Shown here in pieces: positions 43,972 through 55,075 of a DNA stretch of 64,000 nucleotides. A program made the translations under genes and the position numbers. Every line of letters starts with the position of its first letter. The first letter of the stretch is position 1. Source of the DNA: Octopus vulgaris (Eukaryota); contig OX597828.1 in assembly GCA_951406725.2 (NCBI GenBank), positions 38,068,001 through 38,132,000 of the forward strand, in the 5' to 3' direction. The notes below the pieces were generated by a model. It had not been told where the DNA came from. It did no database searches and saw only the letters and a program-made list of their open reading frames with translations.

Positions 43972-45103
43972 ATGCCTCACACTCCTATGTATCGACGCTT
44001 CTGTTTTACTTTGAATAATTACACAGACGAAGAATTAGCCGTGCTCATATAGATACATAGGATCTGAAAAGGATAACTTCCAGTATTGTTCGAAGGAAGG
44101 GAATGTAGTTATCGAGTGTGGTGAAAGGAATTTGTCGTCTAAAGAGAAGAAGTCTAAAGTTTCTGATAACATTCGTAATATCGTATGGAATTCTACTAGT
44201 AACCCGGAGGAGTATGTTTTAACCCACGACGACTCCGATCTAATAAATGCCTATCGTAATAATGTTCGAGCAGTAGGTGATTTGTTTGTAGAATCCAAGA
44301 AGAAGCGTACTTTCGATTTAATTGTGATGGAATATGAGAACGTAGTTTGGCAGCGATGGCAGTTTCGTCTTATACAGGAGCTGAAAAAGAAGCCGGACCC
44401 TCGGAAAATAATTTGGTATTGCGATCCAGTCGGTAATTCTGGTAAAGCCTACTTGTCCCGTTATTTGCAAACTATTGACGGTATACGTTTTGAGAATGGC
44501 CGTTCTGTAGATATCAAGTACAAGTATGACGGCCGGCGTATAGTTGTATTCGATTATACGCGTTCTCAAAAGGATCACATTAACTATGACGTAATCGAAA
44601 GTATCAAGAACGGATTAATATGTTCCACCAAGTATGTGCCTGTGACCAAGACTTTTCCTATACCGCACGTTGTCGTTTTCGCTAATTTTGAACCTGACCG
44701 TTCTAAGATGTCTGCTGACCGCTGGGACATTCGTTTTCTCACTACAGAAGACTATCAAAAGATATATGAAAATATTGACAATGAGTTCGTGATCGCAACT
44801 ACCCAACCAACACTTGCCCCCGCCCCAACCCCTGCAGATCATACGCCGTCCTTTACAGCAAGTGAGAAAGAACTGATCGACCAGCTCGACCGCAGTGAAT
44901 GCGAACTGTTTGCAGAAAGTGGATGGGCTGCTATCGGAGAATCTACTCCGAAAAATGATTCGCTAGATGCAATTCATTCACCGTTTAATATCTTCTCGTA
45001 TAACACAACAACAATTTGCAAGTGTAAGCAGTACGAGACTGAAAATAAATACCTGAAGCAACGCATCTTGGAATTGAAAGAAGAACTCAAACGAAAAATG
45101 TAA
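43972..45103 (+). pseudogene. rep: CRESS-virus replication initiator protein (HUH endonuclease + SF3 helicase), disrupted at the N-terminus
   Basis: ATG 43972 gives MPHTPMYRRFCFTLNN (motif I at 44005-44019) then TAG at 44050-44052. RAHID is read from 44040 in another frame. A third frame gives GSEKDNFQYCSKEG (motif III YCSK 44084-44095) and stays open to TAA at 45101-45103, with Walker A GNSGKA (44432-44449), Walker B IVVFDY (44540-44557), motif C VVVFAN (44669-44686) and SADRW. Motif II is absent. Confidence 0.93.
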
Positions 45104-45115
45104 AATTGAGAAGAA

Positions 45116-45154
45116 AATAAAATTTATTGAACTGAAGTACAGTGTTTGTTTATT
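45116..45154. terminator. Bidirectional polyadenylation region between rep and cap
   Basis: AATAAA(+) 45116-45121 back-to-back with TTTATT 45123-45128 (AATAAA on -); second minus-strand AATAAA at 45149-45154 overlapping the cap stop; GT-rich tract at 45141-45150. Confidence 0.7.
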
Positions 45155-45947
45155 ATTCTGCCTCAGCCAGGTATTGTTCACCGTTTCTTCTTCCTGTTAG
45201 TTTTATTGTTATCCAAGTTTTAACCAGTATGATCTCTTCCAGTTCGGCCTGTAGTGTGCACGCTACTCCGTTGTAGCTGTTCTTTGACCAAGCCTTATCC
45301 TTCACAGAACCCCACGGTGCCTGTGCTATGTCGTATGTTTGACTTCATTTCAGAAATAACTTCGGATACGGGTTCTTATCGAATTCATCGTGGCTTACAT
45401 CATGTGTTTGCCACGACCATTTTGGTTCGTAACTTATTGCCACTCTTCTTTCCGTTTTTAAATGTCTCATCCTGCAGTTATTCATTTTAATCATCTCTTT
45501 GTATTCGATATGTCTTCCTTGTAGGTCCCTGTCGTAGGCCCAGTATATTCGGGGTATCATTTCACCGTGTTTGATTATTGTAGGTAATTCGAATGTAGAT
45601 CCGAATCTAATAACTTCGAAGCAGACCCACGTATGTTTAAGTATGTCTCCTTCTGTTGGTTTAACTAGTTTTATCAGTTTCTGCCAGTTGCATGTTAGCG
45701 AGAATTGTGTTTCGCTTTTAATAATTTTCACAGGTTCCTCCATCCAATAGGTTTTGTATAGGTAATTTGGAGACCTGTGTTCTCTCGGTTTCTTTCTCCA
45801 AAGGAAGCGCCTTTTTTTTAATAATCTTTTGGCTTTAATGTATCTCATAGTTGAGAATGGTATTAATTTCCATTGTCTTTTCGACCTCCACCTCCTTCTA
45901 TGAGGCCGTCGTCTTGTACCATACGCCCACACTGATCTTATCGGCAT
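45153..45947 (-). pseudogene. cap: CRESS-virus capsid protein, 264 codons with one in-frame TGA at codon 201
   Basis: Arg/Lys-rich N-terminus (RRRPHRRRWRSKR...KKRRFLWRKK); ambisense to rep; ATG abuts the intergenic region. Manual translation past the TGA (45345-45347) gives 63 more codons (SQTYDIAQAPWGSVKDKAWSKNSYNGVACTLQAELEEIILVKTWITIKLTGRRNGEQYLAEAE) to a TAA at 45153-45155 overlapping AATAAA. Confidence 0.85.
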
Positions 45948-46122
45948 GACTGCTACTGAAACTAGGTTAATCTGACGTGTATATATATTATCTTGGCGGC
46001 CAATCTAATAATTGCTGGACGCCTGCTAGTATTACCAGACGTCCCCGGATGCCGGCCGCCGGAAGTGACGTTTCTGTTTTTAGTAATATAATCTTCCCTC
46101 TGCTAAGAATTCTGTCATCTGA
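45948..46122 (+). repeat. Right copy of viral intergenic region (175 bp direct repeat)
   Basis: Starts immediately after the cap start codon (CAT 45945-45947); matches 43804-43967. Confidence 0.97.
46017..46044 (+). promoter_or_regulatory. Rolling-circle origin stem-loop 2 (nonanucleotide TAGTATTAC)
   Basis: GGACGCCTG-CTAGTATTAC-CAGACGTCC; one stem mismatch at 46039; nonanucleotide at 46027-46035. Confidence 0.93.
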
Positions 46123-46279
46123 AGACTTTATCGAATAGACGTAGAAAATGCTACTACTCGGTCAAACGACGTGGTGTTTCAGACACACCATGCTTCCACC
46201 TATGTAAGGAACATACTACAAATACTGACATGCAATGCTTTATCATATGAATTACAGCATGACGACGGTCTGTATATAT

Positions 46280-46827
46280 TCTTTTATACTCTAGGTACAA
46301 AGCCCAAAATTTGGGGGGAAGGGGACCAGTCGTTTAGATCGACTCCAGTACGTAACTGTTACTTAATTTATTGACCTCGAAAGGAGGAAAAGCAAAGACG
46401 ACCTCCTCGTCCACACCATCTCTTTTATTCTTTTCTACTCTAGGCACAAAGCCCAAAATTTGGGGGGAGGGGACAAGTCGTTTAGATCGACACCAGTACG
46501 TAACTGGTACTTAATTTATCGACCCCGGAAGGATGAAAGGCAAAGTCGACCTCGGTGGAATGTGAACTCAGAACGTAAAGACAGACGAAATACCTATTTC
46601 TTTATTACTCACAAGGGGCTAAACATAAAGGGGACAAACAAGAGCAGACAAACGGATTCAGTCGATTACATCGACCCCAGTGAGTAACTGGTACTTAATT
46701 TATCGACCCCGAAAGGATGAAAGGCAAAGTCGACCTCGGCGGAATTTGAACTCAGAACATAACGACAGACGAAATACCGCTAAGCATTTCGCCCGGTGTG
46801 CTAACGTTTCTGCCAGCTCGCCGCCTG
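46280..46827 (-). mobile_element. SINE family B multimer right of the viral insert
   Basis: Three core units ending in GCCAGCTCGCCGCCT. Confidence 0.85.
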
Positions 46828-47114
46828 ACAGTCTGTATGTAAGGCACCCGTCTTCATTTGTCGGGAGTCTACTTCTAAGTGTTTATACATTCTCACAGTT
46901 GCCACATCGAAATATAATAAAGTAAACTTGATCAATGTGCAAGATAATTATCTCTTTGCGCTTACTGTAAGCAGGGTGGTTTGCAACACCGCATTTATGC
47001 TCTGATGGTCGATGAGATTTTTGGTGGTTTCAAAGGGACATTAGTAATGCAAGTGTGCAAAAACCGTTTCAGAATTGATACGAAGTTATGGTCACTTTGG
47101 AGAAGGACAGAGGT

Positions 47115-47505
47115 GACTGAAACGTGGCTGTGTGCTAAGAAGCTTGCTTCCAAACTATATGGTTCCATGTACAGTCTCATTACGTGGCACCTTGGTCAAG
47201 TGTCTTCTACTATAGCCTCGAGCCAACCAAAGGCTTGTGAGTGGATTTGGTGAACGAAAACTAAAAGAAGCCCGCCGTATATATATGTAAATTTTTGTGT
47301 GTCTGCGTTTGTCTCCCCTCCCTCCACCATCACTTGACAACCAATGTTTGTGTGTTTACGTCCCCGTAACTTAGCGGTTCGGCAAAATAGACCGATAGAA
47401 TAAGTATTAGGCTTACAAAGAGTTAGTCTTGGGGTCGGGCTCGATTTGTTCGATTAAAGGCGGTACTGCAGCTTGGCCGCAGTCAAATGACTGAAGTAAG
47501 TAAAG
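47115..47505 (+). mobile_element. tRNA-derived SINE family A
   Basis: Diverged full-length copy with the same body and tail. Confidence 0.8.
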
Positions 47506-47879
47506 ACCAATGAACTGCCAAGGGCAGAAAGATGACTCTTCTAGGATTTGAACCACAGAAGACAAAGCTTAAAGCCATGCGATAATTAGTCTGATATCCA
47601 ACTGTTTCTGCCACACCACTGACTTCAAATTTGGCAATAATTAACTCATAATTAGTAGCAAAGTGGCTCCCTTCGCTTGCACTGATTTGATTTATATCTC
47701 CCCCCACCCCACCCCCAGTCTCTCTAACCCCCTTCCGCTTTCTCTCCCCTTCTCTCTTTCTCTCTCTCCCTCTCTTTCTCTCTCTCTCTCTCCCTCTCTC
47801 TATTTATCTATCTTTCTATACATCTCTATCTCTCTTTAATTTTGTTTTCATACTTGTTGGTTACATTACGGTTCTTGTT

Positions 47880-47917
<38 letters not shown>

Positions 47918-48150
47918 TATCATCATCATCATTATTGGTGATGTTGTTATCAAAAACTAATTATCTACGCTAGAAGAAAAAAGAAAATGATAAAACAGTT
48001 AGCAGTTAAACACATCTGATTTATACGCCACAAAAATCTAGAACCAATTTATATTGATTGTAAAGCCTGGTGGTTACATGCGCTAATACTATTGCTCGTG
48101 TTCTTGTTGTTGGTTATTTCAACAGCAACTATTACTATCATCATATATAG

Positions 48151-48236
<86 letters not shown>

Positions 48237-48681
48237 TCGCACATTTATTTCTTTTTTATTGTACGTTCTCTCAGGTCTAAGATAAATTACGATACAACAC
48301 ACACAGTTTAACCACAATTATACGTACAATCATCACATGAACACACACAATCACATAGGTGCACCAACACACATGCGCACACACTTCTGTACATATAACC
48401 GGCGGTCGAAAGCTTATACGTACATTTATGGGTGTATAAAATAAGCGTGTGTGAGTGTGTATGTGTGTATGTGTGTGTATGTGTGTGTGTGTGTCAATAT
48501 ATATACGTATATATATATGTATATGTATATAAATATATATACATACATAAATATATACACACATATACATATATATACAGATAGATAGAGAGAACGAAAT
48601 ATACATACATGTATGGATATAGGAACATACACAAACATATATATACATGTATATATATATATATACACGCAAAAATATATG

Positions 48682-48719
<38 letters not shown>

Positions 48720-48745
48720 TATATATATGTATGCATGTATGTATG

Positions 48746-48785
<40 letters not shown>

Positions 48786-48835
48786 TTCATATATATATCT
48801 ATGTATGTATGTATATATGTGTATATATATACATA

Positions 48836-48878
<43 letters not shown>

Positions 48879-49280
48879 ATACACACACACACGCACCACT
48901 AGGCACACAGAATACTTACGTGTGGACACGAAGAGAAAATACCAATATACAAGCAAAACCAGAAAATCAAACCCCCAAACCTACACACAGTTAATCAGAC
49001 ACACACGCTGATATATACACACTCCTATACATAATCTCACACATATACACATACATTTCCCTATTATACACGGACAGAAACGCATCAAAGATGATACATT
49101 CATATATATATACATAGTTATGTACACACACACACACATGCATATAAGTATATATATATATTTATATGTGTGTGTGTGTGCATATATATACAAATATATA
49201 TACATATATACATATGTGTATGCATATATATACATATGTGTCTGTGTGTGTCTGTGTGTGTATGTATATATTTATTTATT

Positions 49281-49312
<32 letters not shown>

Positions 49313-49540
49313 TGTATGTATGTATGTGTGTGTATGTACGTATGTATATGTCTGTATAAACGTATGGTTTTATGTATACTAACGAACATAGAACTCATAA
49401 AACCACACAGGTTGAGAGACAGGCGCACTCGTAAATGATAATAAACTCTTAAACGCATACTTAATAGGGAATACACGCATACATAAAATGATATATGTAG
49501 CTACTCACACACGCAATAACATATAGAGAGACATGAATAC

Positions 49541-49571
<31 letters not shown>

Positions 49572-49801
49572 AGCATAAATACACACACATACACAAGCAT
49601 AAATACACACACACACAAGCATAAATACACACACACACACACCAACGAACGGTCACACCGAATGTTATTAACACATACACACACACAGGCTCTCACTCTT
49701 ACATTTAAAGACCCAATTTCAAAAATGACGACGTCCAAATACACACGCACGTGCGCGTACACGCACGCACGCACAGACATGAACACACACACGTGAACAT
49801 T

Positions 49802-49843
<42 letters not shown>

Positions 49844-49959
49844 GCACGATACATAGAAATATGCTCTGAAGGCAAAAGACATATTTGTGGTACCAACCAG
49901 GAACACATAGACACAGATAAACGCCTATATACAAACAAGCATATTCACATAGACACACA

Positions 49960-50012
<53 letters not shown>

Positions 50013-50398
50013 ACAAATACATACGCAACTAAGCAGATTAATAGATTAATAAAAAAATTAAGAAATATTTCATTATTGCATACTTCAAGCATTCAATTTG
50101 GCAGACATGTGTATTGGACTTACGCATACATACATACATACATAAATACACACATACATACATACATACATACATAAATACACACATACATACATACATA
50201 CATACATACATACATACATACATACATAAATACACACATACATACATACATATATTCATACATAAGTATGTGTATGTGTGTGCGTATATGTATGTATGTA
50301 TATATATATATAACTGTATATACATTTATATACACACGCAAGCGCACACTTGTATATTTGATCGTAAGTATACATATGTTCAAATATATTTATCTATA

Positions 50399-50456
<58 letters not shown>

Positions 50457-50606
50457 GCATATATATATGTATGCATGTATGTATATATTTATGTATATAT
50501 ATATATAAATATACATATAATATAGATAAATAAATATATATATATATGTAAATATATTTATATATATATATATATATACACATATATATAAATACATATA
50601 AATATA

Positions 50607-50661
<55 letters not shown>

Positions 50662-51949
50662 ATATATGCTCGTGCTCTGTCTCTACAGGTTTAATGCAAA
50701 TCATGTTCCTAGCAAAAAATCTTATCAGACTTAATATCGAGTTTAAAAGTAAAGTGAAAGAAGAGGAGCCCCCCCCCGCCGTGATCGTCGTCGTCGTCAT
50801 CATCATCATCATCATCATCATTACACGCATGACAACGACTACCACCACCAACAACCGACAGCTTCCATCGTAGCAACGAATGGGCTTCTATATCAGTCAT
50901 GAACAACCTTTAATTAGAAGCGGCCCGCATGGGACATGAGCCCTCATTAGATGGGTCACACTATAAAGATTTCTACATAACTTTTCGTCTGCCTGCTATT
51001 CAGAAAGTCCCGTGGACCGCAGTTTGTTCAGGACTGTTCTCCATTATTGCTCAACCTGTTAGAAATAATAGTCAAATATACTTCAAATTACACCTCTGTC
51101 GCCTTCGAAAAAGGACACACATTGAACAATGTGCTTTGGTATTATATGAAAATGGGGTGTTAGTCACGGCTAGAGTGCCATTGATTTTATGTGTTATTGG
51201 TTATGGCTGGCTCAGGGTTAATCACAATTTTTTTGTACTATATGCACGAGGCCGGAAATTTGTTGTGGATGAGGTTAGTCAATTACATCGACCCCTAACG
51301 TTTATTTTAGCGACCCCGGAAGAATGAAGGGCAAAGTCGACCTCGACCGAATTTGAACTCAGAACCTAAAGTGGGGACGAAACGACCTCGACCGAATTTG
51401 AACTCAGAACCTAAAGTGGGGACGAAATGCCGTGAAGCATTTTATCGAGCGCCGTAACGATTTCGTCATCGCTTCGTCTTTACAACTACAACAACAGCAA
51501 CAACAACAACAACGACAACAGCAACAACGACGACAACGACAACAATGGCCGCTCTTCTCCTGAACCCTCACACCCTACCAAAATGTGCTGATGCTCTCTG
51601 ACCCACGTTCGCCAAGGGGTTGATCATTAAAACAAATTAGTTTATTAGGTGATTTGCATAAATTAAATTAGGATTTGTGGTCTGATGAATACTAATTGTA
51701 GACGTACACACACCAACACACGTGCGCACAACTGCCTGCATTTGTGTGCATGCGTTGAGTCTGTGTGCATGCGTATTTCTGTGCGCTTGCACATGTGTAT
51801 ATGCGTGTTTGTGTGTGTGTGCGTGCGTGTGTGCGTGTGTGTGTATGTGTGTGCGAGTGTGTGTGTATCTGTGTGTACATTAATACAGTAAAAGAAAGTC
51901 AGCTCGTCTGTAGTTCGAGCATTACATGGTACGAATGTTTTGCAGCATA

Positions 51950-53132
51950 CAGGGGTTGGACAAAATAATGGAAACACCTTAAAATCTCAAACAAATTCAT
52001 TTTAATATTGGGTAGGACAGCCTTTGGCGAAAATTACACCTTGAATTCTACGAGGTATGGGCTCGTACAAAGTTTAAATTATTTCCAAAGGAATTTTTGT
52101 CCATTCTTCAGCTAAAACAGTCTCCAGTTCTTGTAATGATGATGGTGGAAGATATCAACTGTGGTGGCCAGATAAGATGTTCAACTTCGCTAGAATGTTC
52201 CTCGTGCCATTCAATAACAACTTTAGCGGTGTGCATTGGTTCATTATCATCCTGAAAGATTGCGTTTCCCTCTGGAAACAGTTCCGCAACCATACGATAA
52301 ATTTGATCAAATAAATTGCTTAAATAGTCTTGACGATTAACTCTGCCATGAAGGGAAACCATTGGGCCAGCGGATTTCCAAAGTTGTAGCCCTCCCGCCC
52401 AAGATCATCACAGATCTTCCTCCATGTTTAACAGTTGGAAGAAGGCAATCTAGGTCAAATGCTTCGTTTGGCTGTCTCGGCTGGTGGTCAGAAATAAGAT
52501 AAAAGATGACTCGTCCGAGAAAATAACATTCTTCCACTGCTCTAGGGACCAATTCCGTAGGTTTTTACGCTACTCTAAACGCTTTGCAACGTTTGTTTTT
52601 GAAAGTAGTGCTTTTCTGATTGCAGCCTTCCCATGAAATCCGGTTTTGTGAAGCTCCCGGCGAACAGTCTCTGTGGAAACTGGGTTCTCGAGGTAGTCAC
52701 TAAGCTCTGTACTAATTTTGGGAGCTGTATTTTTGTGATCCTTTCTAACAATTCGCGTAAGAGTCCGACGGTTCCTTTCTGAAAGTTTTGGTTTTCTTCC
52801 GGAGTTTTTTCCCTCTCTCTCAAAGGCTCACTTTCAAGACAGTTCTTCTTGATACACCTAACATTTCGGCTGTTTTCGTTACGCTAGCGCCCGCCATACA
52901 AGCACCAACAATTTGACTTCTTTAAAAGTCCAATGAATCTGTCATTTTAATGAATTTAATAACCTTTTTCTGATGATATCTGTAAAGAAATAACAACTTT
53001 AGCAAACCATATTAAGTAACACTAATAATAAATCAAAAAACATAAAAATAACCAAGCTTTTGATGGTTTTATCGATATCTCAAAATTATGATGCTATGAA
53101 GCTAGGTGTTTCCATTATTTTGTCCAACCCCT
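51950..53132 (-). mobile_element. Tc1-like DNA transposon, both TIRs present, transposase degraded
   Basis: 29-bp TIR AGGGGTTGGACAAAATAATGGAAACACCT at 51951-51979 and its reverse complement at 53104-53132, TA at both flanks. Minus-strand peptides WKNVIFSDESSF, PTVKHGGRSVMI, IFQDDNEPMHTAK, LIWPPQ occur in shifted frames. Confidence 0.92.
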
Positions 53133-53691
53133 TATGTTCCGATTCTCTAAGTTCAAATCTCGCCGAGGTCAACTTTACATTACCACTATATCTTTTTCTC
53201 ACTCTTTCCATTTCCCTGGAAAACATCGGTTATGTTCAGAGATACAGAGGGTGTACTCACCCAGGTTTTAAATGTCCCAAATCCGATGTATATCACAACG
53301 GCACCCTTCCGATTTTAACTTCTGTTAAGGCCCCGTTCTTAGTAAACCACGATACTCTACCTCAGCCTTACACAAAATGAACAGCGGGGGCTGACCTGCT
53401 AAATATGGCAATTAAATACCATAAACACAACAACCTAACGCGTAGTGATCCGTTATACACTTTGTCCGACATGCCAGCATGATAGTAACACTAATAATGG
53501 TTACAAATTTTGGTAATTTTCTAGTAATTTTGGGGAAGTGGGCAAGTCAATTACGTCGACCCCAGTAATCAACCGGTGATTATTTAAGCGCACCCGAAAG
53601 GGTGAAAGACAAAGTTGACCTCGACAGAATTTGAACCCTGATCGTAAAGCCAGGCGAAATACCAGTTTGCACCACCTTAGTGTACCACCTT

Positions 53692-53728
53692 ACAACAACA
53701 ACAACAACTACTACTACTACTAATGATG

Positions 53729-53797
<69 letters not shown>

Positions 53798-53952
53798 TGA
53801 AGATGATGGGAGGAATTAGAAGAAGAAGAAGAAGAAGAAGAAGAAGAAGAAGAAGAAGAAGGGGAAGGGAAAGAAGAAGAAAAAGAACAACAACAGGAGG
53901 AGGAGGGGGAAGAGGAGGAAGAGGAGGAGGAAGTGGAGGGGAGGAGGAGGAT
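53692..53952. repeat. (AAT)n/(AGA)n/(GGA)n compound microsatellite
   Basis: Trinucleotide runs; a further (AAT)n/(ATT)n inverted tract lies at 54360-54637. Confidence 0.95.
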
Positions 53953-54358
53953 AACTGAAGCAAAAATATAAGAAGTATAAGTCGGGAAGGATGAATAACG
54001 AAAGAAATAAGATAGGAGAATGAAACGGGATGAAAAAGAAATTAAGAAACAAGAGATGAAAGCAAGAGAGACTGATGAAACAGATGAAAGATGGCATAGA
54101 CTCCATCTGGAGAGAATTTTTCTTTTGATGTAAGAACACATGGAAGCATAACGGATGTGAAAGGTCGGAGCCCAGGGTCAATTCCGTATCAAGTGTCAGC
54201 CATTTTTTAAATAAAATATTTCATAGCTTCATTGCGTTCTTTAGGCTTTGAGTTAATTCTGTCAAGTAACAGGAATACTGACAGTATATGGCTTAGGGAT
54301 GGCAGATCATTCACACGTAAATATATTTATATACCGACCTATGGAAACTTTACAGCCC

Positions 54359-54427
<69 letters not shown>

Positions 54428-54488
54428 TAGTAATAATAATAAAATTAATAATAATAATAATAATAGTAACAATAATAAATTTAATAAT

Positions 54489-54546
<58 letters not shown>

Positions 54547-54572
54547 TTAATAAAAAATTATTATTATTACTA

Positions 54573-54618
<46 letters not shown>

Positions 54619-54779
54619 CATTATTATTATTATTATTAAGTGAGAGTGCTGCGCATACCATCAAAGGGAGACTGAAGTAAAATATACGAAGCCCAGTACA
54701 GATTTCTATTTATTGTTATACCAAATGTTTTGCTTTCATTATTTATTTTTGTGTATTTTAGGCTGTCTCACTACAGATA

Positions 54780-55075
54780 GAAGTATGGCAAATTTGAGTG
54801 ATTTCGTTGCACGAGTTTAAAATTAAAAGCAAAGCAGCAGAGACTTCTAAGAATACTCATCATGCTTCTGGTTAAGAGATCGCCAACGAACGTGTAGCAT
54901 AACATTGTATCTGAAAATTTCTTAATGGAAACGAGTGTCATGAAGATGGCAGACGATGTCGATGGCAGACGACGGCGATGACAGACGGCGTCATATTTGT
55001 TCAGTGATCATTTGAGAGTGATTATGTAAGTGGACACACGTAAAACAACTTCGCAGGCTGCAGAAAAACTGAACA
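54780..55075 (+). mobile_element. Mariner transposase N-terminal relic
   Basis: LHEFKIKSKAAETSKN...ANERVA...KFLNGNECHED and DHLRVIM.VDTRKTT resemble the mariner (Hsmar1-type) HTH region; multiple stops. Confidence 0.65.

Larger units (their letters stand above)
43804..46122 (+). mobile_element. Endogenous CRESS DNA virus (Cressdnaviricota-like), ~1.08 genome lengths: IR-rep><cap-IR
   Basis: Rep motifs I and III plus SF3 helicase on +; Arg-rich capsid-like ORF on -; two TAGTATTAC stem-loops 2144 nt apart; intergenic region duplicated as a direct repeat; embedded between host SINE clusters and free of the microsatellites that fill the rest of the window. Confidence 0.95.

Noticed and set aside
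44132-45103. ORF-track 323-aa protein taken as an intact gene
   Set aside because: It starts at a TTG downstream of motif III; the real start is ATG 43972 and the N-terminus is deleted and frameshifted.
43790-46140. Interpretation as an LTR retrotransposon or Helitron
   Set aside because: No TG...CA ends, target duplication, PBS, RT or integrase; the helicase is SF3 rather than PIF1, and the repeats contain a CRESS nonanucleotide origin.
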